64,000 nt of DNA from Piromyces finnis finn. Lineage: Eukaryota; Fungi; Neocallimastigomycota. The notes under the pieces are model-generated. The model made no database searches. It was not told the origin of the DNA and saw only the letters and a list, made by a program, of their open reading frames with translations. Numbering within the stretch: position 1 is the first letter of the stretch; each line of letters opens with the position of its first letter. Made by a program: the position numbers and the translations under genes. Positions 1-14,345 of the stretch are shown here, in pieces. The DNA lies in the NCBI GenBank assembly GCA_002104945.1, contig MCFH01000001.1:186001-250000 (forward strand), in the 5' to 3' direction.

Positions 1-2039
1 ATATCATCTGCAAAAAGTCCACCACAGCATCGAGTGTCACCTAAACTGACTCCGAGATCTTCGCACTCTCTAAATATATCATTAATAAAGAGATTAAAAA
101 GAATAAGAAAAAGTGGGCAACCCTGACGGACTCCTTTCTTCACATCAAAAGATTTCGAGAATTGTCCATCTAATTTGACATTAGCCTTAGATGTTAAATA
201 TAAATTTTTGATGAATTATAAACTCTTACCTCGGATTCCTAAACAATCTAATTTATGGAGAATATTACCGATTGGGACTGAATCGTATGCTTTCCTGAGA
301 TCTAAAAAGGCCAAATATGTATCTTTATTATCTAATTGACGTCTACGGCATATTTCTTGGATTGAAATGAAAAGACTAATACTTTCTTCCTTTTTTCGAA
401 AACCAAATTGTTCAGGTCTAATGAAATTATTCTTTAAACCATATTCTGAGATTCTAGTGGTGACAATTTTAGAAATCAACTTAATACCATTATTGATAAG
501 TGATATACCTCGATAGTTATCACAATCTGTCAAATCTCCCTTCTTAGGAATAGAAACAATACTGGATTCATTCCAAGAGCTGAGGAAATCTCCATCCCAA
601 ATACGGTTGAATAATTTAAGAATAAAATTTAAACCATGAGCATCATTATCTGAAGTAGTATTACCAGAAGAGTTATTATCTGTAGCATTATTAGAATCAT
701 TACTTGATGAAATTAATGCTTTGTAAAATTCAATTGGAATACCATCCGGACCTGATGCTTTATAATTTGGAGTAGAGAGGATAGCTGACTTGACTTCATC
801 AATACTAATATCTTGGTTGATATCCCATTCATCAAGCATAGGGAGTGAAAAACGTTTATTCGTTGGTTCTTCATACCAATGCTCCAAATCAAGACTTACA
901 CCACTTGGATCTAATGCAAGGTTTTCGAAATGATCATGCCACACTTCTATTTGTTCTTCTGTAGCAACAACTAATTCTCCATTTTTGTTTTTAATTGGTT
1001 GAGCAATAAAGAAAGAATCTTTTCCAATTTTTGCAGTTTTCTTGATCCATTTCCAGGCCTTCTTAGGATTATGACTCTTCATATACTCACATCCTGTTTT
1101 AATCCAATGAAGATATTCTTACTTCCTAAATTCATTACATCTTTTGTGGATGTAATTGATGAGCTTACGGTAGATTTTAATTCTTTTAATAAATTCATCT
1201 ATATCACAAATTCTTTCTTTTTTAAATCTCTTATACAACTTCATTTTGATTTTTTAAAGATTAAAAATTTGTTGTAAAATATGAAATGAAGACTTTATAA
1301 CATCATTTGCTGGGGTAATACTGAGCTCGTCTGCAATTGAAAGAGCAGTTGAAGTAAACTCTTTGGAAAGTTCATCTGTTGAAACATTAGAATCGTTGAG
1401 TTTTGCTGAAAGTATTTGGAATTCATTATGACTGATAATAGATTCCTTTTCCTCAATACATTTTAATCTATTCCATTTCAGAATTTTCTTAGGAACATTA
1501 AAGTCATTAGAAAAATCTACCATAGGAATAATCTTACCATTAATAAGGAGTGGCTTATGGTCTGATACAGGATAAAAATTATTTATAAATGATCCTGAGT
1601 GAATAAGACCTTTCATCTTCGAATTAATAAGAGCATAGTCAATGTCGGAAGATTGATCACCTCGAGTCCAAGAGATAGTAGACCCTCTAAGCGGAAGAAT
1701 TTCCCAATCTCCTAATCCATTAGTTGATAACCAGTTGGATAATTTTACTTTAGACATATTAAAATCACCAACAAGAATCGATGGATGGGATGAATGAGCT
1801 TGTAACCACAAGCGAACTTCTAACTTTGCATGGTCAACATAGATGTTGTGATGACTATGAGGCATATAAACATTTCCAATCGAGCATTTGAATCTATTCC
1901 AAAGACTAAAAGCTAAAAGTATAAATAGAAATAATATACTTTCCAGAGAAGTTTTCAAGTGAGGCTTGACACGAATTGTGAAAACCTAAATATAAGCCTC
2001 TCATTCCAGGAACTGATTCATCAGCTTTCTTGAATTTAA
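1..2039 (-). mobile_element. Non-LTR retrotransposon (APE endonuclease + RT LINE), copy A; inactivated, runs off the left window edge
   Basis: ORFs 1254..1958 (APE motifs VGDFN, SDIDY, SDHKP) and 216..1082 (RT N-terminus, ASGPDGIP, YRGISL, FLDLRKAYDSV) are collinear with the intact copy at 22624-24365. Three in-frame stops (~217, ~1120, ~1255) are each CAA->TAA relative to that copy. Confidence 0.95.
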
Positions 2040-3564
2040 TTTTTTTTTTTTTTTTTTTTTTTTAACGGCATCAAATATTATAAACTTTATTATTAATTTA
2101 ATTAAAATTATAATACATGTAATAAAAAATTAAAAAATAAAAATAAAAATAAAAAAAATATGTTTAAATAAACACAAATGAATAAAAATTGGGTATAATG
2201 TATTCTAGTAATTTTAATTAAAGTAAGAAAGCCACTATCATACTAAAGTATAATAATTGTATTTGACTTCCAATGGGACACCGAGCCAAAGACCAAAATT
2301 TTATCATGGGACAAAATTATGATCTCCATTGGTTGCGCTGGCCCTCCTGGCCTGTCTTACTGTTTCTTCAGCATTGACGCTCTTGGATGTTGCTTCAAAC
2401 CTTTTGAACATTGTCCATTGCTGGCCAATAGTAAAAGGCATGATTTTGGCTAGAAGTTCCGCGGTTACCGTCAAGAATGGTGCTCCTTCATTAGTACCAG
2501 ATTGAATCTGACGCTTACAAAGTTCTTTCCATTCCCTTGAATTGTAATTAATATTGTTAAAACTTCTTCCCCCAAGAAGGAATTTAAATATTTTACTGCA
2601 CACACTAGAATAATCATACACATTAATATTCACCGGATTATTAGAACTATTACTATCATTAACTAAATTACTATCTAAATTAGAATTATTATCTTCACTA
2701 TTGCTATCATTATTAATATTATTATTTCTATTACTACTATTGTTATTATTACTATTTCTATTATTACTATTACTACTATTGTTATTATTACTATTGTTAT
2801 TATTATTATTGTTACTATTACTATTAATGTTATTACTATCTCTACTGATATTATCAATTTCATTATTATTGATAGGACTATTGGAATTACGTTGACTGAA
2901 AAAATTTAATAGCTGGACTATAGAATCATAATGTTTAATACGGATATCTCTAAATGTTGGACAATCTAATAACCAATGTTTAATACTTTGATCTCCACAC
3001 TTGCAACATGGACAGTAGTTAGGACAAACTGGATCAACAAATTTGGCAGCTTTGGCAACTCTAGCATCCAACTTGTATCCGCTTCTTGCTTTCAATAGCC
3101 AGTAGAAGCCATAGGCAAACTCTGGGTATTCATAACATAATTTAATAAAATCTTTAGTTTCAATAAATTTATTATCATCATAATATTGCGCTTTGATTGA
3201 ATTCCTTTTGAGATCTTTCCAATAAAAGTTTTTAACTGCTTTAACATCTCCATGTTTCTTTAATTTTTTATCAAGTGTCCTACTTGATTTGCACCACGTG
3301 TATTTTCTAAATTTAGGAATGTAATTGACAAGGTGTGAGATAATACAATTTGAGTTTTTCCATTTGTTAAAACATCTAACCTGAGCTAACGCACATTTGG
3401 CTGACAATGGAGGAATATTCAAATCTTTTGAGATAGAGTATAAAGATATAAACGATACAGCTTTATGAACTCCGGCAACCCATCGTATTCCTTTGTTAAC
3501 ATGCTTCTGAGCAATCCTAGACCTAGCTTTGTTGGATCCAAGTAATGGTGCAAAGTATGAAACT
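2040..3564 (-). mobile_element. Same LINE family, copy B; 5'-truncated 3' end with 3'UTR and poly(A) tail
   Basis: ORF 2304..3422 carries the C-terminal CPCCKC..HWLLDC zinc knuckle, Asn-rich linker and FLLGG motif. A ~240-bp 3'UTR is shared with the other copies. 24 T at 2040-2063 is the poly(A) tail. Homology to the other copies ends at ~3564. Confidence 0.95.
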
Positions 3565-4619
3565 TCTCTAAGATTTAAATAATTCTTTATATACGAATTT
3601 AATAATTTATAAAATAAAATAAAAAAAAAAAAAAATGTATAAACATTTTTCTTTAAATATTTCAGTTAATTTTTTTAATTTATTTATTTTTTTGTTTTCT
3701 TTTATTTATAATCTAATTTTGACTATTTATTTTTATTTTATTTATTTTCAAAAATATATATCTGTATAAAAACAAAAAAATTATTTTAAATATTTATGAG
3801 AAAATATCAAAAATAAATAAAATATATATATTTTAAAATACTGAATTATATTAAAAAAATTTTTAACAGATAATAATAAATATATAAAGATAAAAACTAA
3901 TTAACTATGAACTATATTATTATTTAATAAAATAAAAAGTAATAATTATTATCCTTTTAGGATTGATTGATTAATTTAAAAAAATTAGATTAAAATGATT
4001 GACTTGATTAGTAATATTAAAAAAATAGTATCTTGTTTTATTGTATGAATATGAGTAGATATATATATTTTGTTTTTTTGTTTTTAGTTTTGTGCCTTTG
4101 TTTCATATCATACAGATAGGAATATATAAAGTAATAATATACATTTCATTTTAAATGATTTTATTATAATTATTCATTATATTTTATGTTAAAAATTAAG
4201 ATATGATAACATAAAATAGCATTTATAAAATCATTTTCCTATTTCTCTATATTAATATTAAATTTTATGTCTATGATTTTGTCTGATGATTCTATTTAAC
4301 AGTAATAATTGTTATAAACATCTCTATAATTACGGTATTTAAATTCATATATGTATGAACTTGGGATAATAAATTATAAAGATATTTGTATATATATTAT
4401 GACTAAGTGAACATCTTCAACAAAACTTTTGCGATTATATTCATAAAAATAATATTACTATTGAAATTTCATTCAGAAATAGGCCAGGTTATATTTATAA
4501 TACTTATTTGTCATAATTATAGAAATAAATGATAGAACAGTTCCTTGAATAAAAATTTTATTTCTTGATTTTCACAACATCATTTAAATATTTTCCAACA
4601 AAAAGATTTATTTTTTATT

Positions 4620-7600
4620 TTAGTTAACACCTATAGTAATTTTGTAATCTAAAGAATCAATCTTTGAGTCAACTCTCTTTAATAAAGAATCTGGGAAACG
4701 ATCAACTGGTAATTTAGATTTTAAATCCTTTAACAAATCTAATTCATCATTAGTTGGTTTATTAGAAACTTTTACAACTTCAGTACTTTCACTTTTTTCT
4801 GATACATCTTCTATTGTTTCATCATCGTCCTTAATTGATTTTCCTTCATCATCAAGTTTAATAGTCTTATCAGAATCGCTTTCTTTTCTACGCTTAACTT
4901 CATCACTAAATTTACCCTTTCTAATATTATTAATAATATTATCTATCTTTCCTTCAACAATAGAAGGATTATTTTGTTTTATACTTTGGATAATTTCTTC
5001 TTCACTTGAGAAAGCATAAGTATTATCTTCTTCATCATCTTCCTCTTCATCGTCATCATCTTCACTTAAAAGCATTGGAACAGGAACACTTTGTGTTCTT
5101 AATCTTTTAGCATCAGAACGACGAATAGTATTAATATGATGTTGAGTAATCTTTAATAATTCAGTTAAACTTTCATCAACTTCATTAATTGCAGTAGTAG
5201 GAGTATCAATATGATGATCCTCAATTAATTTCTTATTAGATGATAATGGTGGAATCTTCAAAGTTGGATTTTCAATAACTTCAGCCTTTTTATTGGTTTC
5301 TTCTTTTTCTTCAATTACAGAAGAAACAACTTTTGATGAAGATATTCTTTTTGTAGTAACAGTAGTAGTTATAGTTGTAGTAGTTGTTGTGGTAATAGTG
5401 GATTCAGATTCATGTGTAACTTCAGTCTTAGTTGTACTAGCATTAGAATTTTCATTAACATTCTTTGTTACAATTTGTTTTTGTTCAACATCTGTTTTTG
5501 TTGCAGTAGAAACTTGTTTAGTAGATATAGTTTGTTCTTTAATTTCAGTAGATTTAGACTCAACTTTCTTTAAGGTTGGGGTATCAACAACAATTTGTTG
5601 TTGTTCCTTCAATTGTTTTTCCTTAAGCTTCTTTTCTTGTAATTGCTTTCTCTTTTCTAGCTTGAGCTTCTTCTCCATTTCTTTTCTTTCCTTTTCTCTC
5701 TTCTTCTTTTCTTCCTCTTCATTTTCCTTAGTTGCATCTTTATATCTTGTAACAAATTGAGAAAATACACCAAAGAATTCTTCTGGTGTAATTTTTGGAT
5801 CTTCACCATACAATTTTACTGATTTATTAAATTGTTCTTCTGCTTCTTTTAACAAAGCTTCCAATGTATCAAACTTCTTTTTAGCATTTTCAATAAATCC
5901 TTCTAAACGATCAACAAAATTATCTTCATCAATTACTTCATCCGGTTTTCCGAGTTCCCGAGCCTTCTTACGCTTTAATATTTTATGAAGACATTCAGTT
6001 TGTTTTAGACTACTTTTAAACATAATCATCAAACTACGAACAGTTGCTATATTAACTTTTTCACCATCTTTTACACTTTCCATCTCGGTAGCAAAATCAC
6101 TTAAACCTGGGAATTTTTTATCTACTAACCGTGATAAATAATTCATCAAATTAGATTGATTATTACAAGTTTTAGTATCATTTAATTTTAATATACTTGT
6201 AAGTTCAAAACCATATGCACCACCACGATTATTAGAGTTCATATAATTACCAAGAGCAAGAATAATTTGCAATATTCCTTTGAATTTTTCATTACTAACA
6301 GTTACATCACTTGCTTTTTGAAGCCACTTTATCATCTCGAACATATCATTATAATACTCTTGGAAGGAAACCATAAAGTGGAAAGCTTTTAAACGATCTG
6401 AATAGTGATCAATCTTTGATACATCATAAAAGAATTTTTCAGCAATACCAAATTTATCTACTTCGGCAGCATTCATTTCAATTATTGCTAGATCTTCTTC
6501 AGTTGGTGTAATTTTTAATAATTCATTAATGACATCTTTTGATAAAGTGGAATCATCATTTGATAATAATACGTCCTTAATTTGATCGGATGAAAGTTTT
6601 ACTGCTTTTAACATGATACAACAATTTTGTGAACGTTTTCCATCAATAAATGTTACTTCTTTTGGTTTTTCCTCCTTCTTTTCTTCAACGACCTTTTCTT
6701 TTGGCTTTGGTCTAAAAGCAGAAAACAATTCTTCAAATTCAGCATATTCTTCTTTTAAATATACATGAATATCAGTATCATCAATATCTTTCCAAATTGT
6801 TTCTATAATTTTATATGGTGGTATTTTTGTCCAATTAAATGATTTTAACTTCTTTTGAGAAAGCTTTACTTGTTTAGGTTGTAAACCATCACGTTTTTCA
6901 CCTGTAAATATCATATTTCGATGTTGTTTTTTTAATGTATAATTAAATGCAGGGCCACTTGGAGGTCTTTTAACAACAGTATCTTGTATAATGGCATTCC
7001 TGCGAGAAAAATTTGGTGGAGGAGGTGGTGGTACACCAGGAATTTTGGGACCAGGTGGTGGTGGTGGAACGCCTGGGCCTGCCATTGGAGGTGGTGGAGG
7101 TGGTGGTGGAGCGCCTGGACCTGACATTGGAGGTGGTGGAGGTGGTGGTGGGGCACCTGAACCTGCCATTGGAGGTGGTGGTGGTGGTGGAGCGCCTGGA
7201 CCTGACATTGGAGGTGGTGGAGGAGGTGGTGGTATGCTTGAACCTGACATTGGAGGTGGTGGAGGTGGTGGTGGTATGCTTGAACCTGACATTGGAGGTG
7301 GTGGTGGAGGTGGTGGTATGCTTGAACCTAACATTGGAGGTGGTGGAGGTGGAGGTGGTATACTTGAACCTGACATTGGAGGTGGTGGAGGAGGTGGTGG
7401 TATGCTTGAACCTAACATTGGAGGTGGTGGAGGTGGAGGTGGTATACTTGAACCTGATATTGGAGGTGGTGGAGGTGGTGGTGGTATGCTTGAACCTGAC
7501 ATTGGAGGTGGTGGAGGAGGTGGTGGTATGCTTGAACCTGACATTGGAGGTGGTGGAGGAGGTGGTGGTATGCTTGAACCTGACATTGGAGGTGGTGGAG

Positions 7601-10158
7601 GTGGAGGTGGTATACTTGAACCTGACATTGGAGGTGGTGGAGGTGGAGGTGGTATACTTGAACCTGTCATTGGAGGTGGTGGAGGTGGAGGTGGTATACT
7701 TGAACCTGACATTGGAGGTGGTGGAGGAGGTGGTGGTATGCTTGAACCTGACATTGGAGGTGGTGGAGGTGGAGGTGGTATGCTTGAACCTGACATTGGA
7801 GGTGGTGGAGGTGGTGGTGGTATGCTTGAACCTGACATTGGAGGTGGTGGAGGTGGTGGTGGTATATTAGATCCAACAATTGGTGGTGGTGGTGGTGGGG
7901 GTATATTAGAACCAGCAATTGAAGGAAGTGGTGGAGGTGGTGGAATATTACTCTTTGAATCAAGGTTATCAATTCCATAGCCTGGTGTAATGGTATAATC
8001 TGCCTTTGGAGATGTACATGATATATCTATTATTTCATTATATATATTATCATTTGTTGGTGTATAAGGGGATGATGAATCACTAGAATACATATCAGAT
8101 GATTCATCTTCTCTATGTTGAATTTCTAAAGCTCTTTGTTGAATGTTAGATTCTAATGTAGCTAATTCTTTTTTAGCATTTTTTAATTGATTTGAAAGTG
8201 TAGCAACTTCGTTAATTTTTTCAACAAGTGAAGTTTTTAATAAAGTCTATGTTTAATATTTTAAAAACATTTAATTAAAGCCATTAAAAATAAAAAATAT
8301 CAATAAATAATCTATTTTTTATACCTTATATAATTTAATTAATTTATACTTACATATCCTGTTCGTGAAAATGCTTTCTTTTGGCGAGTTGACTTTTTTG
8401 AATATATTTTGCTACTATTTCTTCTATGTCTATATTTTGAATTATATGTAAGTGCTTTTTCAGTAGCGTTCATTGCAGATTTTAAGCTTAATTTGCGCTC
8501 ACTTTGGGAACTACTTCTACGACGATTATGATGGAGTTCTGAAGAATTATTTTTTTCATCAGAAGTTTCATATAAAGTTCCCAATTCACGTTTCTTTTCA
8601 TCTCTTTCTTTTAATTTTTTTGACTCTTCCTCTACTATTTTTAAATTTGAAACTGCTTTATTAACATCAATATTTATAAGTGATACTCTTGGATCAGGAT
8701 TGAATCCATTTTTTTGTAATACGATTTGTTGCGTAATCAAGTCAATTAATGTCCACATAGCTGATCTTTCAGATGTGTCTTTTGGCATTAATATTGCATG
8801 CTTTAAAACATTTAAAAATTGATTATAACTTCTTGTATTTTTCAAGGTTTTGTTTAATGTATCAAACAACAAGGTGGCATCATCTGTTTCAAAACCACCT
8901 TGGTATCTTTTAAACATTTCTTCTTCATCTTCTTCTGCCTTTCTTTTATATATGTCAATTTGAGTTTGTAATAATTCATCATCAATAACACTTAATTTCT
9001 ATTAAATTAAAAAAATAATAAAATCATCACATTAAAATCTTAATAACATCATATTAATTATAATTTCAAAAAAAAACCTACTTGTATAATATTTGTGATC
9101 CCAAGATTAATTAATTCATACCGTATATGAAGTCTTACTTCGGTCTGTGCTTTTGCAGGACCTCCACAAAGAATTGCATTAATAAATGATAATGAAGCAA
9201 TTTGTAATTCACGATCATTTTGATCAGTACGATTAACACGTTGATGTTCAACTAACAAACCCTTAACAACTGTTTCAAATCTCTTAGTTTCACCGGCGAT
9301 ATCAACAAAAGCTGTTATAGCTTCCATTACCTTCTTATGTCCATTTGGTATTAAACAAACTGCAGCTAATATTTCTAATACCAACGTTTTCGTACGAGTA
9401 GACGATGATCTTAAACACATCGCTATAACATTTATGGAATTATTATATTCAAATATGGAGTCAAGTCCTGCTTGATTATTCATTATAGCTTTCAAACATT
9501 GTATGTATTGTTTCTCTAATTCATCAATTGATGTGGAATAGCCATTTTCATCCTCTTCTAAATGCTTTAAATTTGTTAAAAGAGTTTTTAATCCGCCATA
9601 TTGAATAAATTGATCTACCCACGCCATAGGTTTTGTATGCAGTGCCGTCGCCAGCTTTGTCAGCACATCTACACTATTTGGATTTTCTTGTAATTTTTGT
9701 GTATATATCAAGCAATCTTCTTCTGGATTGCCTCCTTGGTGCATTAAATTTTGTTGAATAAGTTGCCATTTTTGGGAATTAGGTAAATGTTTGAAAAAAG
9801 TTCGACTATCTGGTGGTAAATCTAATTCATCCTATATTTCATTAAATTTGTAAAAATAATACTTTAGTACACACTTTTTATTGTGATTAATTTTTATCAT
9901 AAAATTAAATAATACCATGAGTCTTTCAGCTAATGTCATTAATTCCTCCAACGGAGGCATTGGAACAGTTTCCCTTTCTCTGGAAACTCTTTTCTTTTGC
10001 TGTTGTTTTTGTCTTAATGCTGCTGATTTGCCATTTTTACGTTGTTGACGGCGTGCTGTGGTTGTACGATGGTATCCTGGTTTTATTGGATCACTTGTGG
10101 TACGTTTTCTGGCTTTTACTTGGGAACGATATTGTGGTTTGGATTTTGTATTTCCCAT
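4620..10158 (-). CDS. Diaphanous/DAAM-type formin (GBD/FH3-FH1-FH2-DAD), ~1754 aa, 4 exons: 10158-9916, 9831-9082, 8998-8354, 8246-4620
   Basis: GT-AG phase-0 introns join the ORFs in frame. GBD motif LMDELDLPP..QKWQLI; FH3 TKTLVLEILAAVCL; polyproline FH1; FH2 LKSFNWTKI, ILALGNYMN, GAYGFEL; DAD-like IDNIINNIRKG; N-terminal MGNTKS myristoylation consensus. Confidence 0.93.
7012..7945 (-). repeat. 42-bp coding minisatellite (FH1: SSIPPPPPPPPMSG)n, about 22-23 polyproline tracts
   Basis: Directly visible tandem array of gaacctgacattggaggtggtggaggtggtggtggtatgctt-type units. The overlapping poly-Gly, poly-Val and poly-His ORFs are shadows of this array. Confidence 0.97.
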
Positions 10159-13100
10159 TTTTTTTACTTTACATTAAAAGTTTTAATAAAATATTATTAT
10201 ATATGAGAACTAAAAAAAACATTATAATTTGCTATTAAATATTATTGATAGATAATCACTTACATTTTTATTCTTTATAATAATAAAGAATAATAAAAAT
10301 TGTTTGTTTTATTTTCCTTTTTTTATTTTATTGATTTAATTCCGTTTAAACTGTCAAATAAATTTTTGCAAATAAAAATCAGGAATAATTAAATAATAAT
10401 TTATAACTGATAATGATTAACAAAGCATTATTATATAGCAAGCATTAAAGATGTTATATAACAAATTATAAATGAAATAGGTTGTTTATATACAATTTTT
10501 TTTCGTGCTTATTTACAATTATTTTATGTATGTTTATTGATGAAATTTATAATTAATCCCTAAATAATTTATTTAATATTTATAAAAATAATATAGTGTT
10601 ATTATTAAACTAAAATATATATATTAAAATTAACTTTTATATAAAAGATAATGTTATTTTAAATCAATTTTTAAAGTACAAAATATAGATTTTTGATTCA
10701 GTATTTAAATTAATAATATTATTGATTTTCCATTCTAAACATTGTAAAATTTGTATTTAATTATTCTTCGCATACTAGAGTTTTTAATGTTGATTTTATT
10801 ATCATTTTGAAAGTATGATTAGATTTAATAAGAAAAGGAATATTTCAATCAATTTAATTATATATTAAATACAATTTTTAAATTAATTTTAATAAAAAAA
10901 CAATAAAATATATATATTGCTTTATCATCTTTTGATCGTGTTTGAATTCTTTTTAATATACCTTTACATTTATCAATCAAAATAACATTATCTTTCTTTT
11001 TATTTAAATAATGTTTTTTACATACTTTTTTTAAAATATATATATAGTTATTGCTACTTTTTAAAAAAAGGTATTATATGATTAGTATTTAATTAATATT
11101 GCTTGTCTCTTTTTTTTCGTTTATTTGATTATTAAATAAGCATAAATAACAAAAAAATATTTGTTTTTGTTTTTATTTATATATTATATATATTTTAATA
11201 AATTGAAATAAGAAGTATATTCCACTATTATTATCTCTTATGTTTATTATATTATCGTAAGATTGAAGTTATTTTAATTCTATTTTTTAAAAAAAAGGAT
11301 TATTTTAATTATGTATTAAATTAATTTATTTATTGAGATTTAGATTGATTTGAGTTTATTTTATTCTATTTGAATAATAAATTTTTAAACATTAATATTG
11401 ATTTGCTTATTATTCTTTGGGATTCTAACAAATATTAATTTTAACTATTATTTTTATATGCTTTGTATGATTATTTTTATATTTTTATTTTTGTTTTTTG
11501 GATTATATAAAAGATTTAATTTTAATCTTTTAAAATGATGTGATTATTTAATAATTAATAATAATTTTTCAAAAAATATATATATTATTAAGAGCAATAA
11601 AAAAAAATAAAAAATAAAAAAAATAAAGTTGAATAAAAAATAATCCTTATTTTCCATAGACTATTTATTCTAATATGTATTCATTATAATGTAATATATA
11701 ATTATTAAATTAAAGCATATAATAACATTTTTCAAGTCAAAATACTTAATTAAAATTATTATTCATATTCATAATTTAATTTAAGATAGATGATAATATT
11801 ATTATTAAATAAAAAAATTAATGAATAAAGTTTAGCTATCGTTTAACAACATTATAACCATTATTATATTGCATAATATATTTGTAAATATAAACTTTAA
11901 AATATAAAAATAATACAGTATTTATTTCATATATAATACATATATAATATTTTATAAATTAATATAAATATTTTTTATTTTCATATATATTATAAATTTA
12001 TTGAAAATTAACTTTAATTTGTATTTTTAATAACTTTTAATTTTTTTAATAAAATTTCAAAAAAAAAAAATAAAATAAAATAATAGAATGTAAATAACAA
12101 TATAATAATATATATTATTATATACTAGCAATTGATATATAAATTAAATATTAGAATTTAGTCTATGATGTGCTGCTTATTATTATTAAAAAAAATTGAG
12201 GATTTAAAATCTTCCAATATATTTTCATTTAAAGTTTCACACAAATAAATTAATTTAATGTTTATTTGTTTTATTAATATGTTACATAATATATTGTAAA
12301 ATATACTAATAATATATTTGATAATTTGTATATAATAAATAAATTCTTTTAAATGATTAAAAATAAAAAAAAATCTTTTTTTACTTATAAAAACCTACAT
12401 CTCGCTTGTGCTTACTTATCAACAAAAGAAATGCTCTAATGCTTTAAATTATAGGAATTAGCTTTAATAGAGTTTATATGGAAAAGTAAACATTGATAAT
12501 GGTAAAAGAAATGATTAGCTATCAATAGCAATTTTAAAAATAATTATCTGAATTATTAATACTTTTATTATTTGTGTAATTAATGAAGTAAAAAAAGATA
12601 GAATTGAATATTATATTATATATTGCAATCAATTATAATATATTTATAATATATAAAGATTTTTTATATAAATTTAAATAATTTTAATAACCAAATTATT
12701 CTTTTGCTTTTGTAGCATTATCTAAATTATAGCAAAGAAAAAATATTTTTAAAGAATAAAAATGGCCATTATAAAAAAATTGGTATATAACTACCATTGA
12801 TTTTTTTCTTTTTTAGGCATAATTATCATAATAATATTTTTTTATTAATTATATTTTTAAATAAAAATACCCTTAAAAAAAAGAGTATATATCATTCATT
12901 AAAGTATACTAATATTTAAATATAAATCGTTAATTCAAATATCCTCATTAGAACAATTGTTGGTTCTTCACTAGCTGTTTATTCTTTTATAATATTTAAT
13001 TAAAACCTTTTAGTTTTAATTAAAACTTTAAATATTATATTTATAATAATTTAGAAACAAAAGTATAATATTTTATGTTATTTTTTTATACTAATACAAA

Positions 13101-14272
13101 TAAATTTATTTGTTATAATGAATGTATTTAGTTAAGAAGTTTTTGTTTAAATAGTTTCTTTTATTAGTATTATTATCATTTTACTCTTTTTTTTTTTTTG
13201 AATAATAATGGATCATCCAAAATAAAAAAAAAAAAGAACCTTTAAAAGAAAGAGAAAGAAAAAAAGAATAACAACAATTAATATTTTTAATTATTATTAA
13301 ATAAAGTTTATATTCAAGAATTTTATTCTATTTAAATATATTTTATATAATATTATATATTTGAGTTTTTTTAATTTAAGTTGCTGATTTTTATTTAAAA
13401 TGTTTCATTTGAACAACATTAAATATTAATATTATTGGACGTCAATTATTTAATTTTATTGGATAATAATTTATTATTATAAGAAGTAATCAAACATGAT
13501 AAAGTTATCAATTTATACAATATGTATACATTCTTAAAATTTCATATTGATTATTTTGGTTAAAAAGAAAGGATATATATTTAAAACAGCATTATCTAAA
13601 ATGTAAAATGGTAAACATAACATTATAAATATAATAATGATATTTTAATAAAGAAATATATAATATGTTTTTACAAGTTTAAATATTAATTGTCTATTTA
13701 ATGTATTCATACTCTAAAAAAAAAATAATAATAAATAAATAAAAAACGGTCATAATATTTAATATTCCGTTTATTACATTTTTTTGTTTTTATTCTTTAT
13801 ATATTATGATAGTAAAGATTTTCACAAATTTCCATAAAAGGAAGGTATAATAATTAAAAACTATATAATTATAATATATCAAGAATATATTTATATTTGT
13901 AAAGAATATAAATAATTAAAGAAAAATGTATATAATATAAAAAATCATAAGAAACATTTATAATAAATACATGATATATAGAAAAATCTATGTTAAACTT
14001 ACATAGAATTTAATTTTTTATATTAGAATTTTATATCTATTTAATTTAAAAAAAATATATACAGTGTAAAAAGTATATTAAAAATGAAAAAAATAAATAG
14101 TATATTTTGTTTCCCATTTAATTATTTAATTAACTTGTTACACAATTTTTATATAACAAGTCATAAAATGAGTAATCCATCCATATAAATGAAATGGTTA
14201 GGTTATATTGTTAATAAAAATTCTATCTTATTGAAACTATATATTTTAATATTTAACTAAGCATTAATATTA

Positions 14273-14278
14273 TTATTA

Positions 14279-14332
<54 letters not shown>

Positions 14333-14345
14333 GTAGTAGTAGTAG
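14273..14345. repeat. (TTA)n/(TAG)n microsatellite
   Basis: Pure attattatt run ending in agtagtagt. Confidence 0.9.

Noticed and set aside
6932-7980. Poly-Gly, poly-Val and poly-His ORFs overlapping the formin
   Set aside because: Alternate-frame and antisense shadows of the 42-bp FH1 repeat.
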